Origin: Candidatus Cloacimonadota bacterium | Lineage (GTDB): Bacteria; Cloacimonadota; Cloacimonadia; JGIOTU-2 | NCBI GenBank assembly: GCA_049903315.1 | Contig: JBNGBT010000007.1 | Span: 6,561 to 70,560, forward strand | Direction: 5' to 3' | DNA: 64,000 nt | Shown here: positions 8,650 through 17,012 of the stretch, in pieces | Layout: the number at the start of each line of letters is the position of its first letter | How positions within the stretch are numbered: position 1 is the stretch's first letter | The notes under the pieces: model-generated | Database searches by the model: none | Seen by the model: only the letters and a program-made list of their open reading frames with translations | What the model was told of the DNA's origin: nothing | Translations under genes and position numbers: made by a program

Positions 8650-11556
8650 TTACTCAAAAACAATTATCTGAGGTCGAACGACACCAGCTCGGATCTGGGT
8701 GTGTCCGTTCATATATATTTTTTTATTCTGATATTCTTTAAAGAAATTTTCATAGACGGCATTCATTCTGAAATTGCCAAAACCTTCTGTCAATATTATC
8801 GGAAATGGTATGCTTTCGTTACCTGTGAGAGCAACACCGATCTCCTCTCCAAGAAATTCTACAAGGTCTTTATTATCTATTGATGGTGCGATAACACCTG
8901 CGACATCCTTCTCCGCACATGTTTTCAGGAAGTCATAGGAAATCTTATTGAAGCATATAAGAATTTTATCATGATACGTTGCTTTCTCATATAGAACAGG
9001 TTCATGAAAAATCTGCATATTGCTTGTTCTCTCACTCCCGAATCCTATAATTCCGTTGAGTCGGCTTCCAATATATTGTATGGTTGCGGATAGGTTTTCT
9101 TCCACATCAATTACTTTTCCGCACACATTTGCATAGATACGAAATGGCTCATTCTTGTATTGAATTGTAACTGTGCCCTTATCTGCATCAATGTTTGTAA
9201 TTACTCCGGATGTAGGAGCAGGTATCACATGACTGAAATCCTTTTCAAGACGCGATGCAAGTGGTTCGTATGTTTCTACAAAATCTCCCTCGCGTTTTTT
9301 GAGATATCCTTTGATATGCTTCGGATTTATTTTGAGTTCTTTTGCTATTTTGACCGTAAATGGCTTTGTAGAATAATCCTGGATTTCACGCAATATTATT
9401 GTTCCGGTCTCAAAGTTGATATGTTCGATCTTGCCACGGACAGGTGTTCGATACTCTCCGACTTTACCGGAAAATGCAGAGATCATACCTCGGTCGGAAA
9501 TCTCGATTATTTTTTGATTGAATTTTACCGATTCACCTTCCTTCACAAGCATGCTCTTTTCCATCAGTTCCGGATTGAGATCGAGATAGTCCATTGTGAA
9601 AAGCGAAAGCACGTAAATTTTGGGTGGAGCATATTTATTTTCACCGATGAGAGTATCAGGCGTCACTTCTTCATCTTTTGTAACAAAAATATTTCCTGAA
9701 TAGGGGAGTTCTCTTTTGATCGCATAGGTGCCGGTCTCAATTTTTTTATTTTCTATATATGATGAAAAACACTCCTCGAGAGCTATTGCGGGATTTCCCA
9801 AATCAAAAAGTTTCAACTCGCTATTGTATTGCTTGATGGAAGTATTATCACGAAAACGCGTATCAGCTAATATTGCCTGGTCAGTCTCAAACGTATATTC
9901 ATGATCATTATTTCCCAGAGAAAAGCCCTTTTCCAGATTAATAATAATTTTCTGAAGAGTATTATTTTCGTTTGGAAAATATTTTAATGAATTTGATAGT
10001 ATCGTATGAGATTCGCTTCCAATAATAATTTCCATTACTTTCTGACCGGCTTTCATCTTTTGGAAGATCGGGCGGATGCACATGCCGATTTTTTGATAAC
10101 ATTCTTTATGAAGAAGTTCGGATGCAAGTTCGCTATTCACTTCGCTTAATTTTCCTAAATGAGGTGAAATAAAATGATTGTCGCGCCAGATTTCGGTAAT
10201 TCCTTCTGGTTTGAGTCCATCGCAAATGGTAATTAAAGCATGTGTGCTCGATGGAGCATTTGAGAGCACTCCACCTGCACCTATCATGATGCCGATATCT
10301 TTCATATGAAAGGATCGTTGTTCCTGAAGTTTTTCCACATAGAAGCATTCCAGGAATTTATCAAAATCCGTATGTTTCAATCTGTCGAGGAATCCGATTT
10401 TCTGTGTATTAAAATGCATCTTCATATGATGCCTTATGGACATTTGTATCGCTTCGCGCGCAGTTGCGTGTTCAATAGCTGTTTGGGTATCATCTTGCGG
10501 GATGTAAAGAGGATAGAGCATTTTGTTTGAAATATAATTTCTTATATAGTGCTCATCCAGACTCTCGGGCAGCCATCTTTGAATCTTCTCAAAAGTAGCA
10601 TCTTTCATCACGTTTGAAATACTGTAACTCATCCCATAATTTGCACTTACTGTTCGATAATATTTGCCCATTATGTTTGAGAACACATCCGTTGTTGCAC
10701 CGCCAATATCCACTGAAATGATATTTTTCCCCATTTGTTTGCTTATCAGCCGAAGTGCATTTATAACTCCTGAAGGAGTTGGAATGATAGCGTCAGCAAC
10801 AACCTTTTTCAATGAGCCATAACCCGGTGCCTGCTCCATTACATTATCCATAAAGAGCTGATGTATTTTTTCCTGTGCTGGAGGAAGATTTTCATCCTGC
10901 AGGGTCGGGCGGATATTCGGCACTATGTAGAGTTGAAATTTCTCGGAAAAGAGGGATTGAATGAATGACTGGGCATCTTTGTTGCCGGCATATACAAGTG
11001 GGATTTCGGTTTTATCACCGAATTTTGGTTTTGGGTGTGCTAATGAAAGCAGCTCTCCCATGCGTACGATACTGCTGATATTTCCACCATCTGTTCCGCC
11101 GGAGAATAGAATAATATCAGGTCGCAGTAAGCGTATGAGCTGCATCTTCTCAACAGGAGTCCGGTTATCATTGATCGCAAAAGTATCGAGGATCACTCCG
11201 CCGGAGCCGTACGCAGCACGCTTTGCACTGCTTGCAGAATCAAAAAGTGTGAGACCAAAGACAAGTATCTGCAAGCCACCACCGGCGCTGCTCGTTGTTA
11301 AATAGAGAGTGTCTTTATTAAACCGAAGATTTTCTGAAGTAGAATCTTTATCCAAAAGTTGTATATCAGTGGCTTTTTCTATATTTTGTATGGAGTTGAA
11401 AATGCCGATTTTCACATCTTCTTGTGGACGTTCAACCGTTGTGCCGACATTTTGTAATGCAGTGAGTGTGTAGGACTCACTTCCTTTTTGAAAAAGGACC
11501 GCTTTGGTTGTTGTGCTACCAATATCTGTAATAAGAATATTTTTCTTAGTAATCAT
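8650..11556 (-). CDS. GlmL/MutL-family (hydantoinase-like ASKHA) ATPase fused to a C-terminal partner domain, 968 aa
   Basis: N-terminus ILITDIGSTTTKAV and a second phosphate motif VDIGGATTDVFS (ASKHA). Co-linear homology to the split pair 56503-58401 + 58411-59535 (STSSAGGGLQ, LRPDIILFSGGTDGG, IHQLFMDNVMEQAPGY, RTVSANYGMSYSISNV; C-terminal ILTEGFG, GHTQIRAGVVRPQII). Confidence 0.75.
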   Translation of the reverse strand: MITKKNILITDIGSTTTKAVLFQKGSESYTLTALQNVGTTVERPQEDVKIGIFNSIQNIEKATDIQLLDKDSTSENLRFNKDTLYLTTSSAGGGLQILVFGLTLFDSASSAKRAAYGSGGVILDTFAINDNRTPVEKMQLIRLLRPDIILFSGGTDGGNISSIVRMGELLSLAHPKPKFGDKTEIPLVYAGNKDAQSFIQSLFSEKFQLYIVPNIRPTLQDENLPPAQEKIHQLFMDNVMEQAPGYGSLKKVVADAIIPTPSGVINALRLISKQMGKNIISVDIGGATTDVFSNIMGKYYRTVSANYGMSYSISNVMKDATFEKIQRWLPESLDEHYIRNYISNKMLYPLYIPQDDTQTAIEHATAREAIQMSIRHHMKMHFNTQKIGFLDRLKHTDFDKFLECFYVEKLQEQRSFHMKDIGIMIGAGGVLSNAPSSTHALITICDGLKPEGITEIWRDNHFISPHLGKLSEVNSELASELLHKECYQKIGMCIRPIFQKMKAGQKVMEIIIGSESHTILSNSLKYFPNENNTLQKIIINLEKGFSLGNNDHEYTFETDQAILADTRFRDNTSIKQYNSELKLFDLGNPAIALEECFSSYIENKKIETGTYAIKRELPYSGNIFVTKDEEVTPDTLIGENKYAPPKIYVLSLFTMDYLDLNPELMEKSMLVKEGESVKFNQKIIEISDRGMISAFSGKVGEYRTPVRGKIEHINFETGTIILREIQDYSTKPFTVKIAKELKINPKHIKGYLKKREGDFVETYEPLASRLEKDFSHVIPAPTSGVITNIDADKGTVTIQYKNEPFRIYANVCGKVIDVEENLSATIQYIGSRLNGIIGFGSERTSNMQIFHEPVLYEKATYHDKILICFNKISYDFLKTCAEKDVAGVIAPSIDNKDLVEFLGEEIGVALTGNESIPFPIILTEGFGNFRMNAVYENFFKEYQNKKIYMNGHTQIRAGVVRPQIIVFE

Positions 11557-11595
11557 AGATATGATTTTTTTTAGGAGAAAAGGTTTGTAAAGTTT

Positions 11596-12585
11596 TTAAC
11601 CTTTGAGACCGCTCGTGATAAAGCTGGATATGATCTGCCTTTGTGCAAATAGGAAGAGAATAAGTAGTGGAGCAATGGAGAAAGTTGATGCCGACATGAG
11701 GAGGGCAGTGCTCGAGGACGCCTCCTGTGCGAAGTATGAAAGCCCGACCTGCAGCACACGCAGATTATCACTACTTGTCATTACAAGGGGCCACATGAAG
11801 CTGTTCCAACTCCCGATGAGTGAGAAAATAGCAGTCGTTGCAAGTATTGGTTTGGAGATGGGTAATATGATCCTCCAGAGGATGCCAAATTGAGAGCATC
11901 CATCAATAACTGCTGCATCAAAAAGGTCTTGAGGAATTGTCTTAAACTGTTGTCGCAGCAAGAAGATGCTGAATATATTTGCAATCCATGGCACAATAAG
12001 CGCTTGGTAGGTGTTTATCCAACCGAGTTTTGTAAGCAGGAAATATGAAGGAATGAGATAGATAGGCTGGGGAACCATCATCATACTGATGAACAGGTAA
12101 AAGATGAAATCCCGTCCTTTGAACTTCATACGGGCAAATGCGTATGCTGCAAGAGATGAGGTGATAAGCACACCGATAAGCACAGAAAATGATACAAAAA
12201 GTGTGTTGAGAATATACCTGCCAAAAGGCACTTTTGTAAATGCCTCTTTATAATTATCCCAATGCAATTTCAGTTTTTTGGATGATTTTATACTTTCAGC
12301 AGGAACTTTCACGTAAGATTCTTTGAAGGTTTTACCATCTTTATCATATATATTTATAACAACTTGATTTTCTTCTTCATCAACAATTTCACAAAGCTCT
12401 TTTTTCCCATCATGAGTATAATAATTTACAAAATCAATAGGAATGAATCCCACGCTGCCTTTATTTATTGCAGTTTGTGATTTCAGAGAAGTGGAAACCA
12501 TCCAAATAAACGGCACAACCATGATCAACCCACAGAGGATGAGCATGAAATAAGAGAACCCTTTGCCAAAATATTTTTTAAGCAT
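11596..12585 (-). CDS. ABC transporter permease (MalG/CUT1-like) with a large extracytoplasmic insert
   Basis: Multi-TM protein with a binding-protein-dependent permease EAA-type loop (DAAVIDGCSQFGILWRIILP); overlaps the upstream permease gene by 1 nt. Confidence 0.82.
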   Translation of the reverse strand: MLKKYFGKGFSYFMLILCGLIMVVPFIWMVSTSLKSQTAINKGSVGFIPIDFVNYYTHDGKKELCEIVDEEENQVVINIYDKDGKTFKESYVKVPAESIKSSKKLKLHWDNYKEAFTKVPFGRYILNTLFVSFSVLIGVLITSSLAAYAFARMKFKGRDFIFYLFISMMMVPQPIYLIPSYFLLTKLGWINTYQALIVPWIANIFSIFLLRQQFKTIPQDLFDAAVIDGCSQFGILWRIILPISKPILATTAIFSLIGSWNSFMWPLVMTSSDNLRVLQVGLSYFAQEASSSTALLMSASTFSIAPLLILFLFAQRQIISSFITSGLKG

Positions 12586-13526
12586 CAGTACTGAACCTTT
12601 TTCTCAAGCTGCTTTTGAAGCATGGTCAAACCAAGAATTATAACGAATAGAATAAGAGCTATTGCACTCGCATAGCTGAGATTCTGTGACTCGCCAAAGC
12701 CTATTTCAAAAATATAATACACGATCACTTTTGTTGTTCCCAGCGGTCCGCCGATTGGTGGTCCCGTCATTAAATATACCTGCGAGAAGACTTGAAAAGT
12801 TGTGATGGTCGTCATGAGTAGTACATAGAAAGTTGTAGGGGAAATAAGGGGGACAGTGATTTTAAAAAACTGTTTCCATTTGCTTGCACCATCGATATCA
12901 GCAGCTTCATAATATACTTCCGGAATATTCTGGAGTCCAGCAAGATAAATGATTGTATTATAGCCCAGACTTCTCCAGATACTTACAATTATGATCGCAA
13001 AAAGTGCGAGTGAAGGCCCACCTAATGCTTTTGGTATATTGATGCCCATTGCACCAAAAAGTAGGGTAAAAATTCCTCTTGGTTCGGAAAGCCAATCGAG
13101 TCCATGAATGCTAAAGAAACCAAGTACATGGTTCATCAATCCGCCGTGAGGTGAGAAGATCAGTTTCCAAAGAATTGAGATGGCAACGAGGGATGTGACT
13201 GTGGGGATGAAATATGTTGTTCTGAAGAGACCGGATAGTTTTTTTGTTCTGTTGAGAAGATTCGCAAAGAAAAGTGACAAAACAAGTGTTACGGGCACGA
13301 CAAAAATTACTAGGTAAAATGTATTGATCAGAGATTGCCAGAAACCGGGATCCTGGAAAAGTTTAATGTAGTTTTGGAAGCCGATAAATTTCTCTGGTCC
13401 GTGGATAGTCCATTTGAAAAAGCTAATAATGAAGGAGAGTAATATTGGTATGAAACGGAAAGCGAATACTACAAGAAATGCTGGTAAGATATACCCGAAA
13501 GGGAAATAGCTTTTTTTTGTTCTCAT
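12585..13526 (-). CDS. ABC transporter permease (MalF/CUT1-like)
   Basis: Six predicted TM segments; permease signature YEAADIDGASKWKQFFKITVPL. Confidence 0.85.
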   Translation of the reverse strand: MRTKKSYFPFGYILPAFLVVFAFRFIPILLSFIISFFKWTIHGPEKFIGFQNYIKLFQDPGFWQSLINTFYLVIFVVPVTLVLSLFFANLLNRTKKLSGLFRTTYFIPTVTSLVAISILWKLIFSPHGGLMNHVLGFFSIHGLDWLSEPRGIFTLLFGAMGINIPKALGGPSLALFAIIIVSIWRSLGYNTIIYLAGLQNIPEVYYEAADIDGASKWKQFFKITVPLISPTTFYVLLMTTITTFQVFSQVYLMTGPPIGGPLGTTKVIVYYIFEIGFGESQNLSYASAIALILFVIILGLTMLQKQLEKKVQY

Positions 13527-13544
13527 CAGCTCCTACTAAGAAAG

Positions 13545-13618
13545 TGGCTGGGGTGCAGGGATTCGAACCCCAATAGGCAGATCCAGAGTCTGCTGTCTTG
13601 CCATTAGACGACACCCCA
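13545..13618 (-). tRNA. tRNA-Gln (anticodon CUG)
   Basis: Reverse complement TGGGGTGTCGTCTAATGGCAAGACAGCAGACTCTGGATCTGCCTATTGGGGTTCGAATCCCTGCACCCCAGCCA; 7-bp acceptor with U1-A72, anticodon stem GCAGA/TCTGC, loop CTCTGGA, T-loop TTCGAAT, encoded CCA. Confidence 0.8.
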
Positions 13619-13630
13619 TGGTTAAAAAGT

Positions 13631-13705
13631 GGCTGGGTCGGGAGGATTCGAACCTCCGAATGCAGGGACCAAAACCCTGTGCCTTGCCGCTTGGCGACGA
13701 CCCAC
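13631..13705 (-). tRNA. tRNA-Gln (anticodon UUG)
   Basis: Reverse complement TGGGTCGTCGCCAAGCGGCAAGGCACAGGGTTTTGGTCCCTGCATTCGGAGGTTCGAATCCTCCCGACCCAGCCA; closely resembles bacterial tRNA-Gln; loop TTTTGGT gives anticodon TTG. Confidence 0.85.
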
Positions 13706-13717
13706 ATTTCTATAAAT

Positions 13718-13809
13718 GGCGGAGAGGCAGGGATTCGAACCCTGGGTAAGATGTTACTCCTACACACGCTTAGCAGGCGCGCACCTTAAGCCAACTCGGT
13801 CACCTCTCC
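13718..13809 (-). tRNA. tRNA-Ser (anticodon GCU)
   Basis: Reverse complement GGAGAGGTGACCGAGTTGGCTTAAGGTGCGCGCCTGCTAAGCGTG...GGTTCGAATCCCTGCCTCTCCGCCA; class II tRNA with a long variable arm; anticodon loop CTGCTAA. Confidence 0.85.
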
Positions 13810-13822
13810 AAAAAGAACAAAA

Positions 13823-13908
13823 TGGCGGAGGATGAGGGACTCGAACCCCCAAGGGCAGAGCCCGGCGGTTTTCAAGACCGCTGCCTTACCAATTAGGACT
13901 AATCCTCC
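13823..13908 (-). tRNA. tRNA-Ser (anticodon UGA)
   Basis: Reverse complement GGAGGATTAGTCCTAATTGGTAAGGCAGCGGTCTTGAAAACCGCCGGGCTCTGCCCTTGGGGGTTCGAGTCCCTCATCCTCCGCCA; anticodon stem GCGGT/ACCGC, loop CTTGAAA, long variable arm. Confidence 0.85.
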
Positions 13909-14045
13909 GTTCTATAATTCTCATATTTAGGGAATTAGGTTGATATAATCCGAAGGGCTCTTCTCAACTGTCAACATTTTCAAAAAAAATTGTATATTTC
14001 CGATTTTGTTGACATATCTGAGCATAAATCACTTTTTCTCACTCT

Positions 14046-14885
14046 ATGCAAAGAATAGGAATCTTCTATAATCCAACGTTATTTAAAAAAATTATTAAGC
14101 TGAAAGAACGCATTAAATTCCTTCAGAAAAATAAGTATTCTATCTCTTTATTAGAAAGCCAAAAGAGAGATGGATTGCAGGGAATAACCTATGTGAATAA
14201 ATTTACCAAAAAGAACATAGATCTGCTCATAGTACTTGGTGGTGATGGCACGATTCTCCTTGCTTCAAAATCAGTACTAAAGGAAGGTGTGCCCCTTCTT
14301 GGATTCAATCACGGTAAACTTGGTTTTTTGTCCGAGTGTGAAAAACATGAATTTGAACCAGTCTTTTCCAAGTTACAAGCAAAGTCGTATGAAATTGAGA
14401 AAAGAATGGTTCTTGAATGCATGTTTCCCTCGCATCCTGGCGCGGAATATTTTGCATTAAATGATTGCGTCCTCTATAAAGGGGAATATCCTAAAATGAT
14501 CACTTTCTCGATTTTCATGGATGATGAATATCTTTTTGATATCGAAGCGGACGGAATTATTGTTTCTACCCCAACTGGCTCAACAGGGTACAATATATCA
14601 GCAGGCGGCTCGATTGCTTTTCCTCACACAAATGTGCTTTTACTCACTCCGATTAATCCTCATGATCAGTTTATCAAACCCTTTATAATTTCTGCAGAAA
14701 AAAAGCTCACGATAAAATACATAAATGGTAATGAGAAAATATATGTTGCCCTCGATGGTGAAAATGTTGAAAAAATGAAGAAAGGTCAGGATGTCCAAAT
14801 TAAAAGGTCTGCATATTCATCAAAATTCATAAAATTACCAGATAAGACTTTTGCAAAAATCGTTAAGGAAAAATTCATAGACTAA
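14046..14885 (+). CDS. nadK: NAD kinase
   Basis: GGDGT motif (LIVLGGDGTILLA), NHGKLGFL, and DGIIVSTPTGSTGYNISAGG typical of NadK/PpnK. Confidence 0.9.
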   Translation: MQRIGIFYNPTLFKKIIKLKERIKFLQKNKYSISLLESQKRDGLQGITYVNKFTKKNIDLLIVLGGDGTILLASKSVLKEGVPLLGFNHGKLGFLSECEKHEFEPVFSKLQAKSYEIEKRMVLECMFPSHPGAEYFALNDCVLYKGEYPKMITFSIFMDDEYLFDIEADGIIVSTPTGSTGYNISAGGSIAFPHTNVLLLTPINPHDQFIKPFIISAEKKLTIKYINGNEKIYVALDGENVEKMKKGQDVQIKRSAYSSKFIKLPDKTFAKIVKEKFID

Positions 14886-15499
14886 TGTATACAAAAAAAG
14901 AAGGTTTTGCTAGTGCAGATTTTGACCCTAAAACAGTACTTTCTATTCCAAATATCGTAACTTTTATACGATTAGTCATTTTACCATTTGTTCTTGTCTC
15001 ACTAAATAAAGGGCAGAATATTCAGGCTTTCATCCTTATTTTATTAGCTGGCTTTACTGATGTGCTGGATGGTTTTCTGGCGAAGATATTGAATCAAGCG
15101 ACCACTATTGGCAAAATACTAGACCCGGTCATAGATAAGATATTTACTGTTACAGTATTGATATATCTCTATGCATATCGAGGTTATCCTTTCTGGGCAT
15201 TTTATTTGATCATAGCATTTGAAATATTAATTCTTTTTGGCGGTTATTGGATGATAATGAAACATCATCAAATACCGAGTTCAAGTTTATGCGGTAAAAT
15301 AGCTGTTGTGATAATCAGCCTGGCTATGTATATATACGTTGTTGATATTGACTCAATTAATTCCTTTTGCATTTTTGGTGTTAATATGAAAATTTTATTG
15401 GTACTATTAGGAGTAATCCTGTTGTTTTTTGCAACGATCAGGTATGCACAAATATCTAAAAGAGAAATTTTAAAAAATAATGAGAAAAAGGTGGATTGA
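14885..15499 (+). CDS. CDP-alcohol phosphatidyltransferase family protein (PgsA-like)
   Basis: Motif DVLDGFLAKILNQATTIGKILDPVIDK matches D-G-x2-A-[RK]-x8-G-x3-D-x3-D; multi-TM; start overlaps the nadK stop (TAATG). Confidence 0.75.
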   Translation: MYTKKEGFASADFDPKTVLSIPNIVTFIRLVILPFVLVSLNKGQNIQAFILILLAGFTDVLDGFLAKILNQATTIGKILDPVIDKIFTVTVLIYLYAYRGYPFWAFYLIIAFEILILFGGYWMIMKHHQIPSSSLCGKIAVVIISLAMYIYVVDIDSINSFCIFGVNMKILLVLLGVILLFFATIRYAQISKREILKNNEKKVD

Positions 15500-16428
15500 T
15501 GGCAGCTCTATACCTCTCCGGAAGAATCAAAAATATTATTATGATAGGTGTAGTTATTATTGCACTTATTATTGCTTTTAACAAATCAAAGATAGTCAAC
15601 TCATTTATTAAACCATCTGACATAATGGGACAGACACCAAAAAGAGCAGTAGAAATGTTCCAGAATTCAAAATATGACACAAAGATTGAATTGAAATATA
15701 CAACGAAAGATATGAATGAGATCAAACGCGCTGTAGATGATGTAATTGTTAGTAATGATCTCAATACAATATATTCAAAATCCTCGTCCAATAATGTGAC
15801 AAAACTCGTTGAAATTCCTAGAGAAGATTATAAAGAAATCATTACATCTTTGCGAGACCATGAGGAGTTGAAATCTGATGAACTTGTTCAATCCACAGAA
15901 TCAGCACCAATAGAATCTCTTAAGCAAAGAATCAATGATGAAGAGAAGGTTAAAGAGAAAATACTTTCTGACCTTGCGCAAGTACGTAGTGTATATGAGA
16001 CGGAAAGTCTTCAACAGAATCTCAAGAGACAGAATAATACCCTTGATTCATTGCGGCAATCATTAACCGCAAAACAACAGCAGATCAATAATGTTCTTGC
16101 TAAGATCGATATATCGCATTTTGTTTCTCGTGCAGATGTGACAGAGCATGCATTCAAATCCTTTCTTACGACGTTTGTAATCTCCTTACTCTTCATTTCT
16201 GTTGCACTGTTTGTAATATATTTTATCATTCTTCTTTTCACGAAACTCTTTTCTGTGCTTGGAATAAAAACCACTCATGGTCAGCCCTCAAGATATGGTT
16301 CTGGTTCCAGCTATGGCTACGGATATGATTATGGTTCAAGAAAAAAAATAAAGAGAAAATATATTAGAAAACCACGGAGTGACGAAGGAGAGAGTTCTGA
16401 GGAGAAAAAAGATAAAAACGAGAAATAA
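15499..16428 (+). CDS. Hypothetical membrane protein (N-terminal TM, coiled-coil region, second TM, Gly/Tyr-rich basic tail)
   Basis: ATG at 15499 overlaps the upstream TGA stop; no recognisable family; tail GSGSSYGYGYDYGSRKKIKRK. Confidence 0.45.
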   Translation: MAALYLSGRIKNIIMIGVVIIALIIAFNKSKIVNSFIKPSDIMGQTPKRAVEMFQNSKYDTKIELKYTTKDMNEIKRAVDDVIVSNDLNTIYSKSSSNNVTKLVEIPREDYKEIITSLRDHEELKSDELVQSTESAPIESLKQRINDEEKVKEKILSDLAQVRSVYETESLQQNLKRQNNTLDSLRQSLTAKQQQINNVLAKIDISHFVSRADVTEHAFKSFLTTFVISLLFISVALFVIYFIILLFTKLFSVLGIKTTHGQPSRYGSGSSYGYGYDYGSRKKIKRKYIRKPRSDEGESSEEKKDKNEK

Positions 16429-16436
16429 TTTGTGAT

Positions 16437-16667
16437 ATGATGATTTGGCTCGTTTTGCTTATCGTTGGACTTTTGCTTATATTTCTTGAGATTTTCTTTC
16501 ATAATCTTATCTTATTGAGTTTTGGAGTTGCAGCACTTTTCACAGGATTTATCAATATTTTGGGAATGCTAAATATTCCAATTTTAATATTAATTTATTG
16601 CCTATGTTCATTAATTAATCTATTTGTGTTGAAAAACCTTCTCAGAAGGTTGATAAGGAAGAGATAA
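16437..16667 (+). CDS. Hypothetical small membrane protein (76 aa, two TM helices)
   Basis: Open frame 9 nt after the previous stop; strongly hydrophobic; no family recognised. Confidence 0.35.
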   Translation: MMIWLVLLIVGLLLIFLEIFFHNLILLSFGVAALFTGFINILGMLNIPILILIYCLCSLINLFVLKNLLRRLIRKR

Positions 16668-16700
16668 TTCGGTGTTGCAAAGGTTGACAAATAAATACCT

Positions 16701-16729
16701 ATGACAATGTTCTTGGTCAAAATTATAAA
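16701..16729 (+). promoter_or_regulatory. Candidate sigma70-type promoter for rpsT
   Basis: ATGACA (16701-16706), 17-nt spacer, TATAAA (16724-16729); followed by RBS TAGGAG and the rpsT ATG at 16744. Confidence 0.3.
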
Positions 16730-16743
16730 TTTTAGGAGATTCA

Positions 16744-17004
16744 ATGCCAGATCATAAATCTTGTGAAAAAAGATTGCGCTCGGATAAAAAAAAGAAAGAG
16801 CGAAATCATTATGTGAAAAAGAGTATCAGCACGATCATAAAGAAGATAAAGAAGTCCACTGACAAAGCAGAGATGGCTACAATGCTGGTTCAAGCTCATT
16901 CTCTTATTGATAAAGCAGTTAAAAAGGGAGTTATACACAGGAATAATGCGGATAGAAAGAAATCAAGGTTAAATAAATTTGTAAAAAATTTTGAAGCTAA
17001 TTAG
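16744..17004 (+). CDS. rpsT: 30S ribosomal protein S20
   Basis: 86-aa basic protein with S20-like KS.EKR...KK....H.N...K block layout. Confidence 0.85.
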   Translation: MPDHKSCEKRLRSDKKKKERNHYVKKSISTIIKKIKKSTDKAEMATMLVQAHSLIDKAVKKGVIHRNNADRKKSRLNKFVKNFEAN

Positions 17005-17012
17005 CATCTACT

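Noticed and set aside
9160-9699. Antisense ORFs inside long genes (for example 9160-9699, 40931-41329, 46403-46843, 6894-7355)
   Set aside because: They lie wholly within well-supported genes on the opposite strand, with no RBS and low-complexity translations.
8650-11556. Annotating the GlmL-like proteins as glutamate mutase accessory protein
   Set aside because: No glmE/glmS (glutamate mutase) genes are in either neighbourhood; the only B12 mutase in the window is an acyl-CoA mutase 15 kb away.
13423-13789. Listed ORFs 13423-13767 (minus) and 13598-13789 (plus)
   Set aside because: They overlap the four tRNA genes and are artefacts of the open frames there.
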